Below, one piece after another: positions 1 through 11,809 of a stretch of 46,401 nt of DNA. This DNA is from Welwitschia mirabilis (lineage: Eukaryota). The stretch covers positions 20,992,668 through 21,039,068 of the forward strand of contig JBOZIK010000001.1 of the NCBI GenBank assembly GCA_051453625.1. The letters are read 5' to 3'. The notes below the pieces were generated by a model. It ran no database searches. It was not told the origin of the DNA and saw only the letters and a program-made list of their open reading frames with translations. Made by a program: the position numbers and the translations under genes. Positions within the stretch are counted from its first letter, which is position 1; the number at the start of each line of letters is the position of its first letter.

Positions 1-145
1 TAATTATGTTATCTAATTATTTTAAATCTTATAATGTGTTAATAGGGTCTAAATAGGATTTGATCCTAGGTTCCATTGTTCATGTTAATTAATAATGCTT
101 AAAACAATTATGGTTAATTAAGGTAATTAAAGTTAGGGTATTACA
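1..145 (-). mobile_element. Terminus of an LTR (Ty3/gypsy Tekay/Del-like) truncating the adjacent LINE
   Basis: Ends in GGGTATTACA at 136-145 (reverse complement TGTAATACCC, a typical LTR start). LINE RT homology begins just to its right. The rest lies outside the window. Confidence 0.4.
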
Positions 146-3100
146 TACACATACCATGAATAAGATTATCCCATTCATCTTTTCAAATAACATGACGTAC
201 AAAGTCTGTTGCGATAATGAAAGGATAATAAGCTAAAGGACATCCTTATCATAAATATATTTCAATAAGGAAAGCAGAAATAAACCTCCGATAATGGCAG
301 CACAAGCATTTGCGTTCCTGAAGAAATAATTTATCATATGAAAAAAAAAACCTTCTCAAATCTTGGCTTTTCCATGCAATCTAATATAGAGTCCCATTCA
401 ATTCTATTATAACATTTTAGATAATCTAGTTCATGGAAGGCAATATCTTGATTAGTATCCTTTACTCAATCTAAGTCTTTTCAAGCAAATGTAACATTAT
501 TAACAATATCTCTATCTTGAACAGAACCATTCTACTTAACGCGAATAATAACATGCAGGATTAGCCAAAATTTTGTATGACATAGAGTAAAATAATTCCT
601 CTTCAATATTTGATTTTGGTGGAAAAACAAATGACATTTTAATTAAGCTTTAGACCTAGGTTGCCTTCATGTATGATTTCCTAAGATAACTAGAAGTAGT
701 CTTTCCTAATAATAGCTCGATGCTTTTTGTTATGTTCTTTAGAAAAACCATCTATTCTTAGAGCTCTAACATTAGCCATGTTAAAGCAAGTTACCTTTAA
801 CTCACCCTCTATAATATCTTTTTCTAAAATTTGATAATGGATTTCTAAAACTTTTTTCGAAATGACCTCAGCATTTTAGTTAAAGAGATGCTAATGAAAA
901 CTATTATTTTAAGACCTTACTAAAATACCCGACTAAATAACTAAGGATGTGTTGAGGATCAAAGTGCAAACTACCATGGAATTCAAGTTTGTCTAATTAA
1001 TAAGAAGCAGAACTACTTCTATTAACCTTAAAATTTCTATATAATAGATCTTAAGGAATTTTATAAGAATATCAAGAGAGAAAAAGTATTTATAATGTTT
1101 ACTTTCTATCATCTACCACGTCATTAGCATATAGTCAGATAAAGAAGAGGCATTATTTGCAAATGCATTAAGCCCTATGGTTGATTGAAATTAGAGATGA
1201 TAAAAGTTTTAGGCATATACCTAATTTGACCTATAGTGCATAAAATCAGATCCTTGTCTTTGATTATTCTAGGTAAATCACCCAGTTCAAGAACTAGAGT
1301 AACCATTGCTAACTCCTTTGAGATAAAATTTGGATAAATTCAAACTAGTCTTGTAGTTTATCTACTTGGATATTGTTAATTCTTCCTCCACATTTGTCTC
1401 TTATATCTTCTATCATGTTTTAGTTTGTAGAATAAATCCACTGTATTCTGGAAAGCTTGTTGGTAAGAAAGTAGTAAAATTGTTTTCTTTCAAAGTCAAA
1501 GTTTAGAGCATATAAATTAAGAATGTCAAATTGATGTTCTTTCCAATTGATAATGAGTGTTTGCATCTCTCTATATTTATATCTAAATTACTTTCTATCA
1601 TTTACCATATCATTAGCATATAATCAAACAAAGAAGAGGCATTATCTAAAAACACATTAAGCTTTATGGTTGATTGAAATTAGAGATGATCAAAGTTTTA
1701 GGCATATATCCAATCTNNNNNNNNNNNNNNNNNNNNNNNNNNNNNNNNNNNNNNNNNNNNNNNNNNNNNNNNNNNNNNNNNNNNNNNNNNNNNNNNNNNN
1801 NNNNNNNNNNNNNNNNATGATCAAAGTTTTAGGCATATATCCAATCTAACCTATAGCACATAAAATTAGATTCTTGTCTTTGATTATTCCAGGTAAAACA
1901 CCCAATTCAAGAAGTGGAGTAACCATTGGTAACTTCTTTGAGATAAAATTTGGATAAATCCAAACTAGGCTTGTAGTTTAGCTACTTGGATGTTGTTAAT
2001 TCTTCCTCCACATTTGTCTGTTATATCTTCTATAATGTTTTACTTTCTAGAACAAATCCACTGTATTTTGGAAAGCCTGTCGCTAAGAAAGTACTAGAAT
2101 TGTTTTCTTTCAAACGCTAAGTTTGAAGCATGTAAATTAAGAATGCCAAATTGATGCCCTTTCCAATTGATAATGAGTCTTATGCATCTCTCTATATTCA
2201 TTCTAAATGAGATAAAAAGGAAGACTGTTTGGAGCTTACTAGAGCTAGACAGCCTCTAACTCTTTGCTGATTATTTGTAATGAAGATTAAAAAAGAGTTT
2301 TGAATAATATCATAAGCAAACATGAGAGTAATGCTTGTAGTGTGAACTTCTTAGCATCATAAAATCTGATTGTTTATTTTGTATGAAGTTCTTTGCTACA
2401 TAATTTCTTCTATGATCTGTTAATCACTAAACATTTCATGCAATCATATTCATTGTTGCATAATGTTTACGTTCTTAGAATGTTGTAAGATTCTAAAACT
2501 ATTAGAAAGCTTAGGTTGGTTGATAGGACATCTTCTCTTGTTTTGGGTTGGCATGTGTTTCATGAAATCTTTGGGCCTTATTACATTTGACTCATTAGAT
2601 TGAAGGACATCCTTCCATCCTCTACTTTGGCTTCCTAAATCATTTTGTTTTACTACAATAGAGTTATTCTAGTCAAGCCCAATACCCTAAGAAGCTCTAG
2701 CATTACAAAGAGGATTCGTTTTAATGTTTTAGGTATTTTCTATAGCTTTACTAGTGGGTCTCATGGCAAAGTTAACTAGAATACAATTTGAGGAAACAAT
2801 AACTTCAAATGTGAAAGTTTCCTTTTCAGTAGATTTGCTAATCTCTTTAGGGTTTGAGGATTCTCTTGGGAACTTAGGACAAGCATAAGTGATTTCTTAG
2901 CTTCTTTTTATTTTAGTTCTAGACAATCAAAATTTATATTCTCAACTTCATGAAAACAATGACACCTATCAAATAGGTTAAGTTATTAGCTAATTTCAAA
3001 CAAATCCATTCCACATGATCATATCCATGAAATTAGCGAGAGAACTATTATACACATCTATGTCCACGCAAACTTTGCAAATGGTTCACAAGTAAAAACT

Positions 3101-3790
3101 CAACATTATTTTATCTAGACATCTTACTCTACATAGGGTATGAAGCAAGACTTTTGAGCTCTATCAAGATAGGAGGAATTTCAACAAGAGTATTGTCCAT
3201 TGAATTAAAACAAGGAAAAATCAAAACAAAGTTATCAAAAAATGACCAACTAGCTACAAAAAGGCACAACAACATTTTTGCAGTTTTAAATTGAGAAGTA
3301 TAAAAACCTTTACCAATGGCCTTGACCATTAGATATTTTATATTAGATAGCTCCCAACACATTACCATGGAGTTATTGAGATTAACAATCAGAAGGGGTT
3401 TGGCCCTATAAAGATAGTAAATTTGGAATAGAAATATGCCATGATTGCTTTAAGTAATTCCTTGCCAAAAGTAAAAACTGGCTTTTTCCCTTATCCCTCA
3501 CCTTTGAAATTAGTTTTCTTGCCTTGTTTGAAGGTTTCAAGTTTATATGTGTCCTTTATTTGCAAAATCAACATGGGATTTGATAATAAACTTATTATCA
3601 TTTTGCTGGACCATAACCTTTAAAAGTTCAAAGATTCTTCAAAATGGGTGTACTTCCTTGTATCTAAAGTCCAGATTTTTTGTATAAAGTCGAAGGAGTA
3701 AGCATACAACCTTTAAAGGCTAAACACAAGAGACACAAGTTTGTGTTTTAACCAAAGCGTCGCATATCCCTCATGTCAAACCCTAAATAA
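146..3790 (-). mobile_element. Decayed L1-clade LINE (ORF1, endonuclease, part of RT)
   Basis: Minus-strand remnants: RT '*GCPLAYYPFIIATDF' (~200-250; consensus RQGCPLSPYLF), 'NGSVQDRDIVNNV' (~490-530), ORF2 start-like 'NMIA*NV' (~2430-2450), ORF1 'AKVCVDIDV' (~3050-3080) and 'RCHCFHE' (~2950-2970). Many stops and frameshifts. Confidence 0.8.
1101..2208. repeat. Diverged ~490-bp tandem duplication inside the LINE endonuclease region
   Basis: 1101-1589 and 1590-2208 (the latter interrupted by the 100-N gap) both start ACTTTCTATCAT.TACCA and end GCATCTCTCTATATT...TCTAAAT, with many substitutions. Confidence 0.85.
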
Positions 3791-5075
3791 AACTTTTTAT
3801 CTACAACCCCAGTTTGAACAACTACTAATTTGTTCTATCAGGAAAGTGTTTTAATAGGTTATATAACATGCTTTGCTTCAATTTTGATTAAGAACACAAG
3901 TTTTAATTGATTGAACATAGCAAAAACAAGTCTATATTTAATCATATAACTCCAATTAAACTTATTGCTTAGGACACATCATTAAATGTAATGCTACTAT
4001 CATTTTACGAACTCAAACCTATTTAAAGCTTTCGTTTAATTTCACATCAACTATCAAACTTTATACAAAGGGACCAAACAAATATTACATAATTCTAAAT
4101 AGATATGGTCTGGTGTAGTTATTAAGATTGCATTTACAAAATCTTTTTAATACAAAGTAGTGTTCCCCACCACCCCCAACTTTCACATGAGACCTTGGGT
4201 GTAAAAACAAATACATCAATAGAGCACGCTAAATAAGCTTTAAAGACTTAGAAATAAATTCCCGACACTATTAAATGTGGGTTAGATCAAGTCCTAGGTA
4301 AGGACCCAATAGCTGACCCTCCCAACGTAATCCAGGATACCATATAACAATGTGCTTGTGCTTGGGAAATAACACAATCATGAATATTCCATAACCTTCC
4401 TTCCAAAAAACTCTCAAAACTGTTATCAAGTAACGTATAACAGTACACCTAATCTCTTCCAAATAGTTTTCTAAAAGCTAAAAAGGTTAGTGTAATCTTT
4501 AAAAAACTTTCATAAGAATTATAATCCACTAGCTTCCTTTTTGGAAGTAATACCTCATGGGCTCACGTATTAACGTTCTAATGAAGATCCTTCCTACCAT
4601 CTTACTTTGACAGTTTTTTGTCAATCTCAGGCCATAATTAATCCCCACATGAACATTCTCTTAACACAATCTAAATTCCTACAGAAAATATGCAATTTAT
4701 CCATACTTCACTTCAAAAAGAAAGCCCTGCTACAACCAAAATAATCGTTTCCCCTGCATCACTTGAGCAAAAACAAGTAGACAACGTTATAGGAAAACAT
4801 CAACACCGTAGCTGAAATATCCATTTAACAAACTCAAGTATATATGCAACAATGTTACTAGAAAATAAAGTCTTCAGACAACACTCTATTTCTGACAAAT
4901 ACACAAAAACAAAAAGAGTGAATGCACATGACAAAAGTTTGTTAACATGAAGCGGAGATGATAACAATATTTCAAGAAATGGATAGCCTAAAGTGGCAAC
5001 TCTAGTTAATAATAGAGATTTGTGAAAGGCAGGAGACTATTTGTGAAATTAGCATAATTAAAAGTAAGTTGCAAA

Positions 5076-5387
5076 CTGCAAGGGATGTTTAAGAACTTAT
5101 GCTAGAAGGCTTAAAAAAAGTTTCTTTATATAAAGCTTGAGATTAACGATTCTTACAGGCGACCTTTACAAGCCTAAAAAAACCTTTTTTTTTTAATTAG
5201 TCTGCTCTTTATCACAGTTTTTCCCCTCGTCTGCAAGGGATGTTTAAGAACTTAGGCCAGAAGGCTTAAGAAAAGTTCTATATATAGAACTTGAGACTAA
5301 CGATTCTTACACATGATCTTTACAAGCCTTAAAAACCATTTTTTTAATTTAGTCTGCTCTTTATCATACTTTTCCCCCTCGTCTGCA
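5076..5387. repeat. Two-copy ~155-bp tandem duplication
   Basis: CTGCAAGGGATGTTTAAGAACTTA...CCCCTCGT at 5076-5230 and 5231-5382, followed by a third CTGCA at 5383. Confidence 0.9.
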
Positions 5388-6654
5388 TCTCCAAATTTCC
5401 CATTCCCATACACCAATTGCTCTCGAGTCTTTCAGCTCACCAAAAGACGAGGTCTAAGAAGTCATTAGGAATAAAGGTACTTGTTCTAGACTGTCTAAGT
5501 AAACAGGGACATACAACCTTCCACCTCATATATTGCTCCCTACTAACAAGTACAACCTTCGCGTCTGTATAATCAAATAGACATGATTGACTGTCACATC
5601 TTAATCTGTCAAGATTTCGTTAGCATTGTCCCTGTGCCGTGTTGTGTGAGACATTGCTTGTCTCGACCATATGACATCATCTAAGTACATTTTGCCATTT
5701 GTCATTTCGAAGTGACCATTCTCCCCGCTTAAAAAGAGGGCATTTCAAGAGGCTAGCAGCACATGAAGTTCCCCTGAACACAGATACGGAAACAGGCATT
5801 CCAAGTTATAAAATCCAGAATTGAAAAGACCAGTGGGATCCCGCCGATAACCTCTTAATTTGATAATGATGATTTTGAAATAGATAACAGTAGCACATGG
5901 CACTGAAAAAGATTAGTGCTAAATATAATTGAAGCTTCCACACCATAGCATAATTACTGTGCATAAACATTTCCAGCTACTATAGTCAAAATTACAATCC
6001 ACGGACATGTTTCGGTGTTTGTAGCACCTGTGTCTGGATCCGTCCATCAATTTGAATCTTCTGGAGGAAAAGTACCAAGGGTGAAAAATTGAAGCTAACA
6101 GATCAAAATTCAAGTAATCATGGCTCAAATTCATATGTTTTCCAAAGCTTAAATGTAACAAGCTCTAACAAATAACACAGAAGGAGCACCATCTTAGTCA
6201 GAACTCAAAAACATTACTATGCTACAATATTGGAAAGGATTTTTCAGATAAAATCTTCACATTTTATCATAGCAAGAACACGGAAAACTAGACTAATGGA
6301 AATGTAGCCTTGTAAAGACTTTCATCCTGGACTTCTTTCCAAATCCCGTTTCGTACAGAACAAACAAATTAAGCTCAAACATCTCTTAAAATATAATAAA
6401 AGGATAGCATAATAATTCAATCGAACAGAACACAGGCACAATGATGCAAGGCACTAACACCTGTTAACAGGTAACCTTGGAAATTTCTAAAAAAGCTGAA
6501 TTTTATATTTAAAGATTGTCATTGCTAAGACGCAAATTAATCATACAGATGCACATACCTAACACAACAGACATGCTTCCTTCCAAATTTGTGTCACACA
6601 ATTAAATGAATTTGGTAAATTTGGAATCCATAGCAAAGTTGACAATTTTGCAAC

Positions 6655-6750
6655 TAATCTTTCAGTACATAGAATACAAAACATTGGTAATTTTAATGAA
6701 TCTACTCTTTCAGTACATAGAATACAAAACATTGGTTATTTTAATGAATG
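6655..6750. repeat. Two-copy 48-bp tandem duplication
   Basis: CTTTCAGTACATAGAATACAAAACATTGGT(A/T)ATTTTAATGAAT occurs twice in tandem. Confidence 0.9.
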
Positions 6751-7390
6751 TTCACAAGGGGAGAAAAATCCAGAACATAACTACAATATTGTTAAAACAG
6801 CGCTACATGAGAAAAGGTTACGAGGGAATGTGTCAAACTATCACATTTGTGTCCCTGCATGTGTTGAAAGTCACAGTAGACTTTGCTGCCGTCAGTTTCC
6901 ATCAAAACGTGCATTCTCTCCATTTATCTATTAAGCAAATGAAATAAACCTTTCATATAGAGAGACAGTTATTAAATCAATTATAACATAACTGGAGTAA
7001 TTAAATTGAAAAAGCTTAAACAGAAACACACCATGGCATTGAAAAAGCAGTCATTTATGGGCTTCGCTAGCCAGGTTCTTCCTCCAGTGTAGGGCAGCAT
7101 ATATGGATCCAAACACAGTCTAACCACTGTGTTGCAACTTGATCTTCATTCCCCAATGCAGATACAATAACAAAATAGAGCACCATAGCTGATAGAATAC
7201 TCAGAAAATACTATGTCAATAATCCACATGATCCCGTGAAAGTATTCTATGCAACTACAGTGTATGCCTGCAAACTCCTGCCAGCCAATAAATAGAAGGG
7301 AGCATTGCAGCATAGAATAAAGGCCAACTGGAGGGAAAATCGTTGACCACTCCTATGCTTAGCTAGCAGGTGCAGGCATAGCCCATGCCC

Positions 7391-7447
7391 TTAGCGGGAC
7401 GGTCGGACTTGGTTATAACATACTTCATGCTGCTGCTGAAAGTTAGT
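7391..7447 (-). CDS. R3H/SUZ protein, terminal coding exon (TNFQQQHEVCYNQVRPSR*)
   Basis: Acceptor TGTAG| at 7448 after a 111-nt intron, in frame, with TAA at 7393-7391. Resembles the short 'QQQ...ARP' C-terminus I recall for plant homologs. The exact acceptor is uncertain because in-frame CAGCAGCAG alternatives follow. Confidence 0.75.
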   Translation of the reverse strand, partial: TNFQQQHEVCYNQVRPSR

Positions 7448-7558
7448 CTACACCAGAAATACCCAACAACATTCATTTCATGACCCAAAAAAGTTAAAAG
7501 GAAAGGCCATGGATACGCAACAATAACAGATTATAAACGTCGCTGAGTGAAAGCTTAC

Positions 7559-7919
7559 ATGCGAAAGAGACTGCTGAATTGGTTCCTGAGGTTGGACAAA
7601 GGTCATGTTTGTTCCAGGAAACTGTGAGGAATGCATGTATAAAGCTGCTATGGAAGGGCCGCCCATGTGGCTGGTATTGAATGGAGCCATTGTGGCATCC
7701 AGAGGGCTATAACCCATAGAACTTGTAGGGGTACACCATGGATTCTGCATTTGTTGTGCCATTGGGCGAGGTGATGGTTCAATCGGCATCTGCGCTCTGT
7801 GAGGGGGTGCCCCAAGCTGTGGAAATTCTGTGTTATAATTCACAGGAGGGGTATACAAAGCATGCATGCTGTATGGCCCAATGTTGAAACCAAACCCAGG
7901 ATCAAATCTCTGGGTATAT
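7559..7919 (-). CDS. R3H/SUZ protein, coding exon 2
   Basis: Acceptor CCTTAG| at 7920 after an 86-nt intron restores the frame to give 'ER YTQRFDPGFGF', then 'LYTPPVNYNTEFPQLG', both typical of this plant family. Phase-0 donor CAT|GTAAGC at 7559/7558. Confidence 0.92.
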
Positions 7920-8005
7920 CTAAGGCACACAAGAGAGACAGAATAAAAACACAGCCAAAATTCTAATATGTAAGTGATGCTCGTCTCTTCAAACCAAAGA
8001 CTTAC

Positions 8006-8967
8006 CTTTCGTAACTCCGATCATAATCAGGGTCCTTGCGTTCCATTTCTCGGTCCCTGAAAATTGCAACCCTATTACCTTTTGGTTTCATGCCTTCCTT
8101 TTCATTTTTAAACTTGTTTGTCCTGGCAACTCCATGTGCGCCATCAGGTGATCCTTTAGCCTGATTGCTTCTAACTTCATCAGCATTTGATTTCTCTTCG
8201 GTCTTTGTGAGTTCAGGACTGCTGAAATTTTCAAATGAACCAGGTTCTTCTCTGGATTTACTACTAACATTAGAGTTAACGTTGGCACTAAAAATGCGTG
8301 CCCGTGCTTTAATGTACTCCTCCTTTCTTTCTTCAACACTTTTCATTTGATTCAAATTTGATGAATGTACATTTGAGTTGTCTGTTACAGAAATGGAACC
8401 CCTTTGTGGCCTCTGTTTGATGGCAACTTTCATCATAATATTCTTCTGGTCTTGTGGGAGATTCACTGGTATATCTGCCAATCTAATAGAGGGCGGCCTA
8501 GTCTGAGGTGTCTTCGTGACAATAATTTTAACTGCGGAACCATCCGGCGAATTGTGGTCAAGTGCAACGAAGGATTGCATCGAGTAATGCTGGGCGATCC
8601 GGTGTGCTGCAAGTCTGAGGTAGGACGTAGGTAACTGACAAAATTCAAGTTGTTGTCTGGGATTGTGTAGGAACCTCTCAACATCTTGCTCCAATCTCAA
8701 TACAGAGAGACGTTCGCGAGGATTCTGGATGGCGTCACGGAGAAACTGATCGACGTGGTTGATGCGCTCCCAGAATCGAGCATCCTCTCCGCCTTCATTT
8801 GACGAAGATGCAGAATCGGAAACCCTAGCCGAGGGTTTCTGCTCCTCCTCTTCGGAACAAGTATTCTTCTTATTCTTAATCTGAAGGAGTCTTCGCATGC
8901 TCTCTTCGACGTCCGCAAGCTCCCACGATTCGGGAGCGCATTGTTCATCATCAGAAGAGCCCGCCAT
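8006..8967 (-). CDS. R3H- and SUZ-domain single-stranded nucleic-acid-binding protein, coding exon 1
   Basis: ATG at 8967 (MAGSSDDEQCAPESWELAD). R3H motif 'VDQFLRDAIQNPRERLSVLRLEQDVERF...LPTSYLRLAAHRIAQHY', SUZ motif 'KSVEERKEEYIKARARIF', conserved 'RVAIFRDREMERKDPDYDRSY'. Ends at phase-2 donor AG|GTAAG (8006/8005). Confidence 0.95.
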
Positions 8968-9015
8968 TTCTCCGAAACGCAAATAAAACCTTGCGCCAAA
9001 ACGAAGACAACAAGA

Positions 9016-9023
9016 AAACCCTA
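9016..9023. promoter_or_regulatory. Telo-box (AAACCCTA) in the 5' leader of the R3H gene
   Basis: Exact AAACCCTA about 50 nt upstream of the ATG, with a second copy at 8820-8827 inside exon 1. Function is not shown. Confidence 0.45.
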
Positions 9024-10294
9024 GAAAACCTTTTTGAAAGGGAGAACCTCGTCTCTAATGTCTTCGATTCTCAGGAAAGACGAAACCAAACAAAGAGATT
9101 CCTAAGCGGAAGAAACCCACGATCTCTTCAACAAAAGACAAAAAGTTCAAGACTCTTCACAAATTTGAGATCTCTCTGCACATCGGCCCTCAAAAACGAG
9201 GGCAAGAGTGAAGGAAAAAACACTCTCAGCGATTCCGCTTCTGCAAATTACCCGAACATCGGAGATTCGCACGACCTCAATTTCTCTTCCGACTTTTCTT
9301 CTCTTCTGAGTACTTATGATCACGTTTGCTTTGACTCGTTTCTTATTTCTTAAATAACAGAATTTTGTTTTTATTTTATTCTTCGTTTTTAAAAATATAT
9401 GTGGTTGTCTGGGGCCACTTTACCTTTGTTTTCTTTACCTTTGTTTTCTTTTTTTTCTTAATTTATTCTTTCCTTGAAAGCCTCCCTTTCCTTTCATGGA
9501 GACACAAGTCTTGTACATTCTTGATGCTTCCCTGGGATTAGGGAATATGGTTGGTGGTGGCTTATGCATGGAAAGAAAGCGCTAGAATCCTTTGAGATGA
9601 GATGAGATGAGGGGCAATAAATTAATTAAGAAATTGGATTATAGAAAGTTGTCTTTGAGATGAAATTAGTAAATTAAATTATAAAAAGATTTTGAGACTT
9701 ATTATGATTATAATAATTACGTATTTTGAAGAATTTATTTTTTTTAAAGTTTAGATTTTGGTTCTATGTAAAGATATTAATATTCATTTGATTTAGAGAT
9801 CTTGTTTGTGTCAATTATCTATCCTATGTTGTTATCTTTAGAGGACTTGATCTTCTCCTTCTTGTATGTTATGACTTTCTTAAATAAATTAGACAATTAT
9901 AGGGCATTCGACATTATATACCCCTTCTTTAAATTCCTCTCTTTTACCTTTGTTGTTTACTTTTTGGAATTTTCCTCTTTAATGGTTACCATTTTAAGTT
10001 TTATTATCTTCTTAGCTAAAGGGGTGATGGCCTAATAATGTGGTACTTGTTCTGCATTTAATAGAATGTGTTTCCAACCTTTAAATGCACTTCTTGGTAC
10101 GCTTTTAAGGCCCTAAGCATAATCAAAATAATTCATTTGGGTGATCATAGTGGTTGCACTGCTAAGGTTACATACAATTACTAAAACTTTAAGTTCAACA
10201 TCTCCCCCTTATTTGTCTTTTCGTGTGCCTTTATAATCTTTAGTTCTAATGACATTAAGGTATTAGATAGCACATTAAAGTAATATTTGCTACT

Positions 10295-10480
10295 TAATTA
10301 ATAGATTGGTAAGTGATGCAACACTCGTCTTCCACTTAGGAGGTTATGAGTTCAAATATTTAGCCGTCCTACTCAACATGCCTAAGGCCTAAGGTGTGAT
10401 TAAATCTTTTATTTGGGCAATCATGGTGGCCATACTCTTAGGGAAATTATATTCACTGAAAGTTTCAAGTCCAAAATGTT
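10295..10480 (+). mobile_element. Possible decayed tRNA-derived SINE
   Basis: A-box-like TAGATTGGTAA (~10302) and B-box-like GAGGTTATGAGTTCAAAT (~10340-10357). The downstream body resembles 10105-10200. No clear tail or TSD. Confidence 0.25.
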
Positions 10481-11809
10481 GGTAGTCATATTACCATACC
10501 ACAAACTCTAAAACTTAGATAACACATCCATCATTATGATTTAATGGAATGAAATAGATTATCAACTTATGACTTACCCTCTAAAACACAGAATAAAACA
10601 AAGACACACAATTCTACTATAATACACTAATTATTATAAACATTACATTATTAAGCATTTTCATGCATATAATAAGACACTGATTACATGGTAATAAATA
10701 TTCTTCAGAATAAATATGCAATGTCTTCATAACTTTATAACACTAATGTTGTAATATTGATAATGAAAATGAATTAATAATGGAAAATAATATTATGCAA
10801 AAATGTAAAGTAAAATGCATAATTAGACCGAATATAAATTATACATGTGTTACAACAAGGGGAAGAAAAGTGACTAATGATACATCAAAAGACATAAAAT
10901 GTTAGATGGAAATTGTAGAAAAACTATTAAAGCTACTCATAGACATCCAAAATGATATTACAAAAATATGTCATAGGTCAATCTTCACTTGGAAAGGAAA
11001 AAAATGAAATTGATGAGGTTCTAATGAGTAAATTTTTTTTAAAGAAATATATTAAAAAACTGAGAAGATCGTAAAAACCTTGATTCAAATTATAGATATG
11101 CATAACGAACAAGTTTTCAAATATCTTGGAATTAAAAAATGAAAGGTTGTGAATATCCATCTAAAATAAAGAATAATAAAGTATCTATTAATTATTATTT
11201 TAGATAACATGAATCATGATATTCATTTGTATAAAACCTTTACTAATCAATCAACTAAAGTTAACATAAAACATGTTAACTTATTGTATAACCCTTAATA
11301 ATAATGAAAATCATAGCATTAAATAATACATATGAATAAATAGTTATTAATCAATGAAAGCATTCCAATCTACAATGCAATTTTTCATACAAGCATAAAA
11401 CATTACAATCATTAATACACAATAATGTAAAGAATATTGATCATAGTATTAGTTTAAATGGTTGTATAACCCACAACAGTTAATGATGTGACCCTTAATA
11501 GTATCTCAAATATCAATAATTAACATGTTGTCATGACTATTAGATAATTATAATAAACATTCCACACTAATAACAAATTTAAAATGGCAATGCATAGTTA
11601 CCTTTTTTTTAAGAGAAAAATAATCTAAAGTATCATCATTCAAATTTATTATTGTTTCTAAAAAATGAAGATTATTCATGTTCCTTTCATTATTAAATCA
11701 TCATTCTTAGTGAAAATGATGATTACTAAAATCATTTGTAAAATGTTATTTTTGAAATAAAATAATGATAATTTTATAATCATAAAATTTTTATTTTTAA
11801 GGTGGCTTA

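Noticed and set aside
5865..5907. Box C (ATGATGA) and box D (CTGA) pair suggesting a snoRNA
   Set aside because: Only about 40 nt apart, with no terminal stem or recognisable rRNA guide.
6459..6472. Perfect 14-bp palindrome ACCTGTTAACAGGT
   Set aside because: Isolated, and a palindrome of this length is plausible by chance in 46 kb.
6606..6947. 113-aa ORF with a repeated peptide
   Set aside because: The repeat is just the 48-bp DNA duplication, and there are no protein features.
7478..7558. Read-through tail 'VSFHSATFIICYCC...' of the exon-2 ORF
   Set aside because: It starts at a canonical GTAAG donor and is T-rich, so it is intron 2. Intron retention cannot be excluded.
8968..8982. ORF-track start 'MRFGE' at 8982
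   Set aside because: The codon is TTG. The first ATG, in good context (GAAATGG), is at 8967.
8088..9353. Alternative-frame and antisense ORFs over the R3H gene and its leader
   Set aside because: Short, with no recognisable motifs, and expected by chance in GC-richer coding and leader DNA.
10530..11800. Very AT-rich tract, possibly a DNA transposon or Helitron remnant
   Set aside because: I could not identify terminal repeats, a TSD, a 3' hairpin or transposase motifs.
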